Counted from the stretch's first letter, positions 8,452-17,376 are shown. The stretch is DNA of 32,000 nt from an uncultured Nitrososphaerota archaeon (GCA_964480775.1 CAYZRF010000003.1:30001-62000); one strand, 5' to 3'. Translations and numbers: made by a program. Notes: generated from the letters alone by a model not told the origin.

Positions 8452-9300
8452 TCGCCTCAACCTCAAAGTCCTTTTATCGAAGGTCGCTATTTCTTTGTAA
8501 CCAACTTTTTTGATCAGATTTAGCGCTTTATCAAAGTGTCTTCCAACTTCCCAAGGCTTATGGGAATCGGATCCAAGCGTAACTGGAATTTCCATACGCC
8601 AGCATATGTTCAAAATTTTCTCTCCAGGATAGACCTCCTTAGCAGGTTTCTCTAAACCTGAGGTATTTACTTCTATACAGAGCCCATTCATCCTGATTTT
8701 ATCCAGGGCAGCAATTATTTCTGACATCACATTGACTGTTGGTCTGAATCCAAACTTCTTTACCAGGTCAAAGTGACCAACAATGTCAAAAAGCCCTGAA
8801 GACACCATTTTTTCAATAAGAGAGAAGTAATGTCTGTAGATCTCGTTAATATCCCTCTGATAATATCCTCTTATGTAACGAGGATCGTCTATTACCCAAT
8901 CATCTAAAAAGTGGACTGACCCTATGACGTAATCGAAGGCGAATTCCTCGAGAAGTACCCTTATTTCTTTTTCCTTATCAGGAAAGTAATCTACTTCAGC
9001 TCCTAGCTTTACTGGAATGCTTGACTCCTTTTCAACATTCTCAACTAACCTAATGTAATCCACAACTTGGGTCAGTTTCATTGCATATTCTGGTCTCCAC
9101 TTATCCACCATTATATGATCCGAAAATCCTATTTCAGAGATTCCTTTCCTCTCTGCCTCTTTAACGTATTCTATGGGCTTTCCCTCAGCATGTCCGCAGA
9201 GATATGTGTGAATGTGGTAGTCTACAAGCATCGCTTTTATCCAGGGTACAATTGGATAAAGACTTTTTCTTGAGAACAACGGCAAGATTTGAGCGGACAT
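8446..9300 (-). CDS. PHP-family phosphoesterase (HisJ-type histidinol-phosphatase-like)
   Basis: 284 aa in the track. MLVDYHIHT, FSDH, GSVHF, VGHFD and GSDSH metal-ligand motifs. The internal ATG at 9231 (MLVDYHIHT...) is the more typical N-terminus. Confidence 0.8.
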   Translation of the reverse strand: MSAQILPLFSRKSLYPIVPWIKAMLVDYHIHTYLCGHAEGKPIEYVKEAERKGISEIGFSDHIMVDKWRPEYAMKLTQVVDYIRLVENVEKESSIPVKLGAEVDYFPDKEKEIRVLLEEFAFDYVIGSVHFLDDWVIDDPRYIRGYYQRDINEIYRHYFSLIEKMVSSGLFDIVGHFDLVKKFGFRPTVNVMSEIIAALDKIRMNGLCIEVNTSGLEKPAKEVYPGEKILNICWRMEIPVTLGSDSHKPWEVGRHFDKALNLIKKVGYKEIATFDKRTLRLRRL

Positions 9301-9327
9301 TGTTCTGGACTTAGCTCAGCCAAAGCT

Positions 9328-10401
9328 CTAGGGGATTATTTCAGTTGTATTATTAAACCATGGATAAAGAACTTGCTCGAGTTCAATTACTCCTTCTTTT
9401 ATGATATCCCTAACTTCGTGGCTTATCCCTAAGAGTTCTGAAATCATGTGTTTTGTGAGATCGCACACCTTTCTAAACCCTTCTTCTCCCCACAATCTCT
9501 CCTTATATGTGTAAAGACATCTACCACCACAATAGCGGAAAAAATTACATGACACACATGGTTCTTTAATGACAATAGAATCCTTCAAATCCTTCGGTTT
9601 TTTGTACCAAACATCACCTAGATAAGCCCATTTCACATCTACAGCTATGGGACATGCCAAAATTCTACCGTCTGTTGATATCGCAAAAGCATCTCTCCCA
9701 GAACCGCACGGGGGTGAGCTAATTCCTCCTGTGAATATTGCCTTCATAACTCCCTGAAATGGAACTATTCCAAGTACATTGCCTCTTTTCATTTCATCTA
9801 TCCAGAGAGCAGTGAGTTTAGAGATCCCATGTTTGTATGTCTTATTGGCCCAAGAATCAAAATCATTCCAAGAGTCGCTCCAAATTACATCAAGCTGCCA
9901 GTGAACATGATCAAATAATTTTAGTCCCAACAAATGGGTAACATCCAAGTATACGTCGCTCTTTTCAGAAATCACCATCCTAGCGATGAGATCTCCTTTA
10001 AAACCGATGGATCTAAGCCATGTTGTCGCTCTTAACACCGTGTCATATACCCCTTTTCCTCTATAGAAGTCGGTAACCTCTTTTCTTCCGTCTATCGAGA
10101 GTAAGACCGCATCCATCCTTCTCCAAAACTCTGGCCTAAGGTTTTCTATTAGAAGACCATTGGTCTGAATCAAAAAGTGCTTAGCAGGGACTTTTTTCAT
10201 CACTTCTTCAATAAAAGAAGGGTTAAGAAGAGGCTCTCCACCATAAAAAGCAACTATGGCTTCTTTGTCTTGAGATAAGAAATTAGCTAGATCATCAACA
10301 GAATATTGAACTTTCCAAGGAACTATGTTCTGTGGAAAGCTGCCTCCACAGTAACTACACTTCAAATTGCATTGACCGGTAGTTAACACTATGTAAAGCA
10401 A
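9328..10401 (-). CDS. Radical SAM enzyme with C-terminal SPASM domain (archaeal putative peptide/protein-modifying type)
   Basis: 357 aa. CNLKCSYC (Cx3Cx2C; 10348-10371), GGEPLL, and CVSCNFFRYCGGRC (Cx2Cx5Cx3C; 9517-9558) plus C232, C250 and C313. The start in the track is TTG; an in-frame TAG lies just upstream. Confidence 0.85.
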   Translation of the reverse strand: MLYIVLTTGQCNLKCSYCGGSFPQNIVPWKVQYSVDDLANFLSQDKEAIVAFYGGEPLLNPSFIEEVMKKVPAKHFLIQTNGLLIENLRPEFWRRMDAVLLSIDGRKEVTDFYRGKGVYDTVLRATTWLRSIGFKGDLIARMVISEKSDVYLDVTHLLGLKLFDHVHWQLDVIWSDSWNDFDSWANKTYKHGISKLTALWIDEMKRGNVLGIVPFQGVMKAIFTGGISSPPCGSGRDAFAISTDGRILACPIAVDVKWAYLGDVWYKKPKDLKDSIVIKEPCVSCNFFRYCGGRCLYTYKERLWGEEGFRKVCDLTKHMISELLGISHEVRDIIKEGVIELEQVLYPWFNNTTEIIP

Positions 10402-10513
10402 TGCTGAACACCCCCTCTTCCATGTCTTGTACTATTTTTCAATTGCTGTTGCGTGTATTAATTGTACAAAAACATATTGAACAGAATAAGCTTATGAAAA
10501 AGAGGTAGGTCCT

Positions 10514-11239
10514 TTGATCAGAGGGCTTGACAAAGGCACTTGGAGGAAAGTAATGCTAGAATTTGAGAGAACAATTCCCTATTATGAGAAAGTAAATCAT
10601 TTGATAACCTTTGGTCTCTCTGGAAGAATGAGAAGGGTTCTTATTGAGATGGCAGATCTAAGAGCGGGTAATATTGTCCTCGACGCTGGTTGTGGACCTG
10701 GAACCATGTCAGAACTGATAATTGAGAGAATTTCACCAGGGGGAGGGTTGATATGTCTCGATCCTCTGCAATCAATGCTTGAAGAGGCACGTAAGAATCT
10801 TTCAAAGTACTCTGGATTAGGAGTTAGTATTGAATTCAAGAAAGGTAAGTTTGAGGATATTCCATTAAATGACGGTTGTCTGGACGCTATTATTGCTTCT
10901 TATTCCTTTAGAGACTCCATAGAAAGAGAATCTGCTCTCAAGGAATTTAGAAGAACCCTTAAGGGAGGAGGTAAACTTCTGATACTTGATCTAACTAAAC
11001 CTAATGTGGAACAGCTCAGTCTGATGGTGGGATTTTACATAAGGTGGATAGTACCGATATTAAGTCAAGCATTCTACCTGAGAGATAAGAGTTCTCCTTG
11101 GAAAGCACTGCATTTAACTTATGAAAACATGTTAACTTCGTTAGAATTAGTAAAATTGGTGGGAAAATACTTTAAAATAGTGAAGGTTGAGAAAACCGCG
11201 TTTGGTACATTCACGGCCATTAAGGCCCAAAAACAATGA
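10514..11239 (+). CDS. Class I SAM-dependent methyltransferase, UbiE/MenG/COQ5-like
   Basis: 241 aa. YYEKVNHLITFGLSGRMRR N-terminal pattern, motif I VLDAGCGPG, and GGKLLILD. The track start is TTG; the ATG at 10553 (MLEFERT...) is an alternative. Confidence 0.75.
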   Translation: MIRGLDKGTWRKVMLEFERTIPYYEKVNHLITFGLSGRMRRVLIEMADLRAGNIVLDAGCGPGTMSELIIERISPGGGLICLDPLQSMLEEARKNLSKYSGLGVSIEFKKGKFEDIPLNDGCLDAIIASYSFRDSIERESALKEFRRTLKGGGKLLILDLTKPNVEQLSLMVGFYIRWIVPILSQAFYLRDKSSPWKALHLTYENMLTSLELVKLVGKYFKIVKVEKTAFGTFTAIKAQKQ

Positions 11240-11254
11240 GCATAGTACCCTACC

Positions 11255-11260
11255 TTTTTT
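11255..11260 (+). terminator. T6 tract downstream of the methyltransferase gene (archaeal oligo-T terminator candidate)
   Basis: ccctaccTTTTTTagg lies 16 nt after the stop at 11239, in a convergent intergenic region. Confidence 0.4.
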
Positions 11261-11354
11261 AGGAATTCCCTATAATTCACCGAAAATTGGATTCTCTTGA
11301 AGAGAGACAAAGTATAACAGCATATTGTCCCATATTCCTAACAAAATCTTTAGC

Positions 11355-13055
11355 CTACAGAAGATTTAGCTTTCTGAGAACGTCTTCCGGACTAAACTTC
11401 TCCTTAGACCTGACTGCAGCTTCTTCTACGTAAAATCTAATTCCAAGCTTCATAGCATCTGAATCTACTCTTATTCTCTCCTCTTCTTCTCTAAAGTAGC
11501 TCATCAAAGACATGGCACATATCAACTGAATAGCTCTTCTTTCAAGTCTTGGAGAGAAGTCTAGCCTTTCTTGTTCTATCGTATCAAGAATTGCTTCTCT
11601 CGCTCTAGTAATCTCCTCAAATACTCTCTCTGCGAGCAAAACAGGTTTGGGCTTGAATTGATCTTTTACGAGAGGATGTTCTGTTTCTATGGCATGGATC
11701 AGGGTGAGGTGATCTCTAATCTCCCTAGCTTTTTCCATTTTTAGCTTTCCAAGCACTAACTCCATCTGTTTCTCAGCTATCTCCCTGTACCTCTCCTTGG
11801 TTAACCTATGTAACCTACACAACATCCGTTCTTCTATTGCGCTGAAATTAGGATCTTTTACTGTAACTTCATATCCTCTCTTGAACACTCTCGTGTTGTA
11901 ATTCACGCTAAGGAAGGAAGTGAAGCGATAGGGACCAATAGTCTGCCTAGCCGTCTCCCATTTGATTATACCGTGTTCCATTGCTATTTTAAGCGGTTCT
12001 ACCATTCCACTATACTTAAACCAATCATTAAACTCAGTTATGATAAAATTGTACTTTCTCCCCTCGTATGCTTCGCCTATCCTAATGAATTTAGCGGGAG
12101 TCATCCCCCCGCAATACCTGTTCCTGCCAGGAAGTCCATGGGCCGGTATGCCTTTGTTTGGATCCCCCATTATCATGGTGTAGGTGGAGAAAGTCTTTCC
12201 TGTCCCTGGTTCCCCAAAGAGGGCCAGATTAAAGCCAGTTCTCATCCTAGCTCCGCCTTCTTCAGTGACAACGTTTACGTCAGCTATTGAGTATTGTTGG
12301 GTCATGGTAAGAAGTATGTCATAGTAAAGAACAGGGCCAAAAAGAGAGCGAAGGTACTCTACTAGCTTGGATACCGAAAAGTTCTCACCAAAAGAGAGCA
12401 CTTGGTCTAACCTTTCCTTTATTAATGGCCTTAAGAAGTCTTCAAACTCCTTTTCCATTCTCATAACTTCCTCAAGCTCTCTTCTAGCAAGAGTGCTTCT
12501 CAGCTTAAGCTTGGGCTCATAGTCCGCGAGTTCCTTTTTCATCGCTGGCAGAATCTCTTCAGGAACAATCCACTTTCCATCAGAAGTCCTCATGATAAGG
12601 CGAAGGCTCTCAAGCCATCCAAGCAGGCTATGTTGGAGATAGGGAAAATCAAGCTTACTCATCTTATCTGCAAGCTCCTTTTCAGTAAACGATCTTTTTA
12701 TCATCGAGGCGGCGAGAAGTATGTAGTAGGCTCTATCTTGCCACCTTTTCAGGGCCTCCCTAACTTTTCCTCTAACATTTTCAGAAGAATCTGTTAAATT
12801 AAGCACGCCATCTTCTAGCGTGTAATATTGTCCATAGAAGAATATAGAAGGTCTTGGATTTATCTCCTTGATTAAGTTGGCAAATTCCGCGTCGTCTAGT
12901 TCTTTTATTTTATCTTCAATTCTTCTAAGTACCTTTATTTTCTCCTCGGTTAATCTACCTCCGCTTTGCTCAACTATCCTCTTGATGAGAGAAATCCTCT
13001 CTCTGTTCTTTAGTACTTCCTCCTTTTGTTTCATCATTGCACTATGAATCGTCAT
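11355..13055 (-). CDS. Orphan AAA+ ATPase of the MCM / Mg-chelatase / ComM / BrxL-like clade with long helical N- and C-terminal regions
   Basis: 566 aa. Walker A GEPGTGKT (12192-12215). The Walker B position reads NFIITEFND (12024-12050). VEPLKIAMEHGIIKWETARQTIGPYRFTSFLSVNYN parallels the MCM-type hEAMEQQ-tisiaKAG-...-svlAAaNP block. FSAIEERMLCRLH parallels the (S/D)RFD segment. SPRLERRAIQLICAMSLM parallels the sensor-2 R-x-LE-x-lIRl helix. Confidence 0.6.
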   Translation of the reverse strand: MTIHSAMMKQKEEVLKNRERISLIKRIVEQSGGRLTEEKIKVLRRIEDKIKELDDAEFANLIKEINPRPSIFFYGQYYTLEDGVLNLTDSSENVRGKVREALKRWQDRAYYILLAASMIKRSFTEKELADKMSKLDFPYLQHSLLGWLESLRLIMRTSDGKWIVPEEILPAMKKELADYEPKLKLRSTLARRELEEVMRMEKEFEDFLRPLIKERLDQVLSFGENFSVSKLVEYLRSLFGPVLYYDILLTMTQQYSIADVNVVTEEGGARMRTGFNLALFGEPGTGKTFSTYTMIMGDPNKGIPAHGLPGRNRYCGGMTPAKFIRIGEAYEGRKYNFIITEFNDWFKYSGMVEPLKIAMEHGIIKWETARQTIGPYRFTSFLSVNYNTRVFKRGYEVTVKDPNFSAIEERMLCRLHRLTKERYREIAEKQMELVLGKLKMEKAREIRDHLTLIHAIETEHPLVKDQFKPKPVLLAERVFEEITRAREAILDTIEQERLDFSPRLERRAIQLICAMSLMSYFREEEERIRVDSDAMKLGIRFYVEEAAVRSKEKFSPEDVLRKLNLL

Positions 13056-13196
13056 TTCTTTTTGATCTTTTGCATACTTTTCATGTCGCAGAGACCGAAA
13101 CTACATGAGATGAACGAATAAGGTATTCCCGATCAGAAAATTTCGATTAAATAATTAATAGAGGAACTGACATAACTGAAGGGCCAAATCGACTAC

Positions 13197-13706
13197 ATGA
13201 ACTTGAGAGGAATTCAAATGGTGACATATGCCGTCTGCGAGGAAAAATGCGGGGAATTATCCATACTGATTGGAATTTTTCAATTTAACGACGCAGAAGA
13301 GGCACTTAAAAAGATCTCTGAAATGTTATTCGAGAAAGGCTTTGTATCCAAAGGATTTGCCCATGCCTTGATTGAAAGGGAAAGAGAGTATCCAACTGGT
13401 CTGGAGGTTCCTGGATACGTTACTGTCGCCCTTCCTCATGTTCACATAAAGTACACTTTAAAACCAGTTTTACTCATCGGCCTTTTGGAAAGGCCCTTAG
13501 AATTTAGGAAGATGGATTCTCCTTTTGAGAAGATTATGGCGGAAGCCATAGTTCTACTTGCTCTCAAGAACTTGGAGAAATCATCGACACTACTAAAGAA
13601 GATTACATCCCTTTTTTCACAAAAATACTTTGTAACAGCTATAAGGAGCAAAGATCTTGCCGCTTTAAGAAAATTAATTATGTCTGCACTTACATCCCGA
13701 GACTAG
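13197..13706 (+). CDS. PTS EIIA component, galactitol family (GatA/SgcA-like)
   Basis: 169 aa. ALIEREREYPTGLEV and VTVALPH (phospho-His81 codon at 13437-13439) align with E. coli GatA (ALIAREAEFPTG...AIAIPH). The ATG at 13218 is an alternative start. Confidence 0.85.
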   Translation: MNLRGIQMVTYAVCEEKCGELSILIGIFQFNDAEEALKKISEMLFEKGFVSKGFAHALIEREREYPTGLEVPGYVTVALPHVHIKYTLKPVLLIGLLERPLEFRKMDSPFEKIMAEAIVLLALKNLEKSSTLLKKITSLFSQKYFVTAIRSKDLAALRKLIMSALTSRD

Positions 13707-14050
13707 ACTCTGTTCTCTCTGTCGATTCCAGCCCAATGAGGTTTTTTCAACGCCTCTACGATTCCATCGATTATAGGTTCCATTCCAACACCCGAAACTA
13801 GACTTACACCATTAAAAACAGGGAGATTTTCTGGAAGGTTCAGGTCACTTTCTCTACCAATAACGGTTATCACCGCATCTGGCATCCAAGATTCTAGGAC
13901 TATCTTAAGATCTGCGACCTTACACATCTTTGTCTCAACGTTTTTTATTCCTCTCTTGCTTAGTTCCTCCCTGACCCTATCTGCGGCCATTTTAGAAGTC
14001 CATCCACCCGTTCCTACACCTGTAACCACAAGGATTCTATAGCTTACCAT
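13703..14050 (-). CDS. PTS EIIB-like protein (galactitol family fold) lacking the phospho-acceptor cysteine
   Basis: 115 aa. Paralogous to the EIIB at 18372-18686 (RILVVTGVGTGG vs RILVACGTAIAT; KMCKVAD vs ARCKAFE; PVFNGVSLVSGVGMEPIIDGIVEAL vs PIVNGFPFITGIGEEEAIEQIFEIV). The active-site Cys position is Thr10 (ACA, 14021-14023). Confidence 0.75.
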   Translation of the reverse strand: MVSYRILVVTGVGTGGWTSKMAADRVREELSKRGIKNVETKMCKVADLKIVLESWMPDAVITVIGRESDLNLPENLPVFNGVSLVSGVGMEPIIDGIVEALKKPHWAGIDRENRV

Positions 14051-14130
14051 CTCAAGATTTCCACATCATAACAATAAAAGCCTGACTTTTTGGAAAATAG
14101 AAACGTTCCACTGGCAAATTACGACAAAAG

Positions 14131-14137
14131 TTTATAA
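14131..14137 (+). promoter_or_regulatory. TATA-like box (TTTATAA) for the EIIC gene
   Basis: aaagTTTATAAgaaaaaa lies about 45 nt upstream of the ATG at 14182. AGGTGA at 14171-14176 is a Shine-Dalgarno-like motif. Confidence 0.35.
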
Positions 14138-14172
14138 GAAAAAAGTAGCTTGACGAATAAGCAAAAACTAAG

Positions 14173-15546
14173 GTGAAAAAAATGTTAGCCCTACTTCTGG
14201 CGGGAATTTTACAGAGAATAAGTGACATCCTTTCAGCCGCAGGACAACAGGTCTGGTTGCCAGTATTTCTTTTTGTGATCGCTCTGCTCTTTAGAGCAAA
14301 ACCTGGGAGGGCATTTAGGGCAGCTATTATAATTGGAGTTGGATGGATAGGCTTGGGATTGGTCTTTAACCTGTTCTTCAGCACGATGGTCCCAGCATCT
14401 CAGGCCATGGTTAATAGAACGGGCCTTCAGTTTACCGCTGTTGATGTTGGCTGGCCTATTATGGCTGCCATAGCTTATGGTACACTTGTTGGGGCCGCGA
14501 TTATTCCTGTAGGTATAATTGTCAACATAATTCTCCTTGCTGCCAGGCTCACAAAGACATTTGATATAGATGTGTGGAACTTCTGGCATTGGGCCTTCGT
14601 TGGAGGTACCGTCTATACACTAACTCAAAACCTACCGTTTGCGTTTCTAGCAGCAATAACTTACGAGGTAATGTGTCTTAAAGTAGGAGACTGGACTGTG
14701 AAGCCCTTGTGGGATCTGTTCCCAGGCTATAAGGGCTACTCAATACCACAGGGTGGAGGCTGGGTTGGTTCTATACCATTCATAGCGATCTTTAAACCAT
14801 TGGTTGACGCTATTCCAACTCCAAAAGCTGATCCTGAAACAGTTAGAGAGAAATTAGGAGTCTTAGGAGAGCCTTTAGTAATAGGCCTTATTCTGGGTGC
14901 TGTCATAGCGCTTATAGCGGGTTATGGCGCACTTGATATAGCAAAGGTGGCCATGGCATCAGCTGCAGTTATGGAGTTACTTCCAAGGATAATAGGGATA
15001 ATCATGGAGGGTCTGAGAGCAATAGCCGACGCTGTTACCGAATACATGAGGACTCGTTTCCCTGGGAAGGAGATATACATAGGAATGGATGCAGCAATAG
15101 CCATAGGTCATCCAACAACCGTTGCTGCAGGCCTTATACTTATCCCTGTTGTTCTATTGATAGCAGCGATATTTCCAGGAATAAATGTCTTACCATACGC
15201 TGATCTAGCTGCAACTCCGTTCTTCGTGGTTGCCGCGGTTCCGTTCTTCAAAGGAGACCTGATAAAATCCACAATAATGGGAGCCATTATCATGATCATT
15301 TGGCAATATCTTGGATCTTGGTGGGTTCCGATCTTTACAGAAACAGCTAAGTCCATAGGAGCGATAGCACCTGATGCAGCCCCAATAGGCTGCATTTGGC
15401 TACAACCCATGATACCAGTTGCAGTGTTAGCTTCAAAGCTACCAATTGGAGCAAACTACCTGTTTCTGATAGTGATAATAGGAATATTCCTCTTTGCGGA
15501 CAGGATAGCTGGACTAAAGGAGGCTTTCAGCAAACTCTATGAATAA
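14173..15546 (+). CDS. PTS EIIC permease, galactitol family (GatC/SgcC-like)
   Basis: 457 aa polytopic membrane protein. Blocks AVDVGWP, DIDVWNFWH, LKVGDWT, LGVLGEPLVIGLILG, AAVMELLPRIIGIIMEGL and LPYADLAA align with E. coli GatC. AGGTGA at 14171-14176 favours the ATG at 14182 over the GTG at 14173. Confidence 0.9.
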   Translation: MKKMLALLLAGILQRISDILSAAGQQVWLPVFLFVIALLFRAKPGRAFRAAIIIGVGWIGLGLVFNLFFSTMVPASQAMVNRTGLQFTAVDVGWPIMAAIAYGTLVGAAIIPVGIIVNIILLAARLTKTFDIDVWNFWHWAFVGGTVYTLTQNLPFAFLAAITYEVMCLKVGDWTVKPLWDLFPGYKGYSIPQGGGWVGSIPFIAIFKPLVDAIPTPKADPETVREKLGVLGEPLVIGLILGAVIALIAGYGALDIAKVAMASAAVMELLPRIIGIIMEGLRAIADAVTEYMRTRFPGKEIYIGMDAAIAIGHPTTVAAGLILIPVVLLIAAIFPGINVLPYADLAATPFFVVAAVPFFKGDLIKSTIMGAIIMIIWQYLGSWWVPIFTETAKSIGAIAPDAAPIGCIWLQPMIPVAVLASKLPIGANYLFLIVIIGIFLFADRIAGLKEAFSKLYE

Positions 15547-15560
15547 AAAACATTCCCCCT

Positions 15561-15577
15561 TCTTTTTCTTTTTATTA
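15561..15577. terminator. Bidirectional T/A-rich terminator candidate between convergent EIIC and SgcE-like genes
   Basis: Plus strand: tcTTTTTcTTTTTatta (T5 runs at 15563-15567 and 15569-15573). The A6 run at 15545-15550 gives a T6 tract on the minus strand downstream of the stop at 15578. Confidence 0.45.
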
Positions 15578-16288
15578 TCAGATTCCTTTTGCTTTCACTA
15601 AGATATCTCTAATCTCTCTAATTGAACTTACAGGATCTCCTTTTGAGAAAATAGCTGAGCCCATTATCAGAAGATTTGCCCCACAGTCAACTACTTTTGG
15701 TATGATCTCTTTTCTTAGGCCTCCATCAACTCCAATATCTATGGAACTGCCCATCTTTTCAACAAGACTGGATGCTTTAGAAATTTTATCAAGAGTAGTA
15801 TCAAGAAATTCAAAATCTTCCCATTCAAGGTAACAAGAATCGCTGTTTGACAGTAAAAGGATGGAATCAATCCCTCTTATGCTTTCATATACTAATTCTA
15901 CTGGAGTGGAGGGGAGAAGAGCTATTCCAGCCTCTCCTCCCAAGAACTTAATCCTTCTCAGGACTCTCACTAGATTGACTTTAGATTCTGGATGGACATA
16001 GATTCTATTTGCTCCAGCCTTAATATAGTATTCAATGAAGCGAGCTGGTTCCTCTACCATTAAGTGTACGGATATGGGAAGCTCCGTTGCCTTCTTAATA
16101 GCTTTTACAAACGAAGGTCCAAAACCTATATCCGAGGCAAAATGTCCATCTGAAACATCAACGTGAATTCCGTCTGCTGAGGCATCCGCGAGCAATCTTA
16201 GTTCTCTGCTAAGATTTAAGAGATCTGCGGCAGCTAATGATGCAACGATTTTGACTTTCTTTTTGTTGTAAAGCCTTGGCATACTCAC
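15578..16288 (-). CDS. Ribulose-phosphate 3-epimerase family protein (SgcE/AlsE-like sugar-phosphate epimerase)
   Basis: 236 aa. HVDVSDGHFASDIGFGPSFVKAI, SVHLMVEEP, YVHPES and IGVDGG motifs. GTG at 16288 overlaps the upstream stop (GTGA). The ATG at 16282 is an alternative. Confidence 0.85.
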   Translation of the reverse strand: MSMPRLYNKKKVKIVASLAAADLLNLSRELRLLADASADGIHVDVSDGHFASDIGFGPSFVKAIKKATELPISVHLMVEEPARFIEYYIKAGANRIYVHPESKVNLVRVLRRIKFLGGEAGIALLPSTPVELVYESIRGIDSILLLSNSDSCYLEWEDFEFLDTTLDKISKASSLVEKMGSSIDIGVDGGLRKEIIPKVVDCGANLLIMGSAIFSKGDPVSSIREIRDILVKAKGI

Positions 16289-17373
16289 CCCCTTGTAAGT
16301 TTGAAATCTTTATCCAAGCTTCCCAAAAAGCTTGTAACAAGTTTGAATAAGTTTTCAACATCTTTTTTGGATATGACTTCGTTAGGACAATGCGTGTATC
16401 TACATGGTAGCCCGAAGTCCATTGAGGGGATCCCCTCACCCTCTAGCTGTAACCATGCGGTTTCGGTGACAACACCAATTACAACCTCTCGTTGAAATGG
16501 AATGTTTTCTTCTTCTGCGATTTTTTCAGCACGTTTTACAAGGCTGGGATGAGGAATTAGTCCTCCAAGAGTCCCTCTTCCATGGAAAGAGTATAGGTAG
16601 ATTGCTGGGCCACATCCAAGCCTTACGTCAGCAGCTATACCCGCAAGGTCAGGGGTGTCCGTTGCTATACAAACCTCTAGGTTTAGAACAGCATCTGGCT
16701 TCAGAATTCTAGCCATTGGAAGCGGCCCTCTCTGGTTCATTTCCTCAAGAACGCTTGCTACAAAGTGAATTGTAGCTTTAGGTCTATTCTTCGAGAAATA
16801 ATCCAAAGCTTCCAACATGACTGTTAACGGGGCTCTGTTGTCCATAGTTTTACTCATTATGAGATCTTTTCCATATTCTCTAAAGTTTGGCATATATGTA
16901 ATGGTATCTCCGACCTTTATTCCCATTTCCTCGGCTTCTTTGTTACTATTAGCTCCTACATCCACATACATCTTGTTTGCTGGAGGGACGATATACTTCT
17001 TCTCTGCTGGCCTAACGTGATGGGCCTCGAGCCCAACCACACCAGGAACCTCGCCTTTCTGGGTTATTACTCTGACTTGAGTTGAAAGAAGAGATCTCTC
17101 CTCTATACCTCCAATTCTAATGATTCTTAGGAAGCCATTGGTCTCTATTCTCCTTACCATAAGGCCAACCTCATCCATATGGGATAGAACCATTATGGAA
17201 GGAGCCTCAGGATCTGTACCTTCAACGGTGGCTGCTAGATTGCCTAGCTTATCCATCCTAACTACATCGGCCCTCTCATCCATATACGATCTTACGAACC
17301 TGATGATCGGGTCCTCATGGCCTGAAACAGCAGGTATTTCAGTCAATTTTTTCATTAACTCCAAATCAACCAT
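16285..17373 (-). CDS. M42-family metallopeptidase-like protein (FrvX/SgcX/TET-type)
   Basis: 362 aa. SGHEDPI, VLSHMDEVG, MDNRAP, LEEMNQRG and CRYTHCPNE match M42 metal-ligand blocks. Starts 3 nt after the upstream gene's stop. Confidence 0.85.
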   Translation of the reverse strand: MVDLELMKKLTEIPAVSGHEDPIIRFVRSYMDERADVVRMDKLGNLAATVEGTDPEAPSIMVLSHMDEVGLMVRRIETNGFLRIIRIGGIEERSLLSTQVRVITQKGEVPGVVGLEAHHVRPAEKKYIVPPANKMYVDVGANSNKEAEEMGIKVGDTITYMPNFREYGKDLIMSKTMDNRAPLTVMLEALDYFSKNRPKATIHFVASVLEEMNQRGPLPMARILKPDAVLNLEVCIATDTPDLAGIAADVRLGCGPAIYLYSFHGRGTLGGLIPHPSLVKRAEKIAEEENIPFQREVVIGVVTETAWLQLEGEGIPSMDFGLPCRYTHCPNEVISKKDVENLFKLVTSFLGSLDKDFKLTRG

Positions 17374-17376
17374 TTT

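Noticed and set aside
10401-10508. 35-aa plus-strand ORF (MLNTPSSMSCTIFQLLLRVLIVQKHIEQNKLMKKR) as a possible precursor peptide for the SPASM radical SAM enzyme
   Set aside because: It has a single Cys and no Gly/Ser/Cys-rich core or leader-like pattern. It occupies the divergent promoter region and overlaps the radical SAM start codon. It is noted only as something to test.
1367-11239. Idea that the OSBS-like (MenC) and UbiE/MenG-like genes mark a menaquinone biosynthesis cluster
   Set aside because: They are 8 kb apart in unrelated transcription units. No menB/D/E/F/A genes are present. The OSBS-like gene is instead coupled to a GNAT.
14052-14384. 110-aa minus-strand ORF spanning the EIIB-like/EIIC intergenic region and the EIIC 5' end
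   Set aside because: It overlaps the strongly supported GatC-like N-terminus and the promoter region, and it has no motif.
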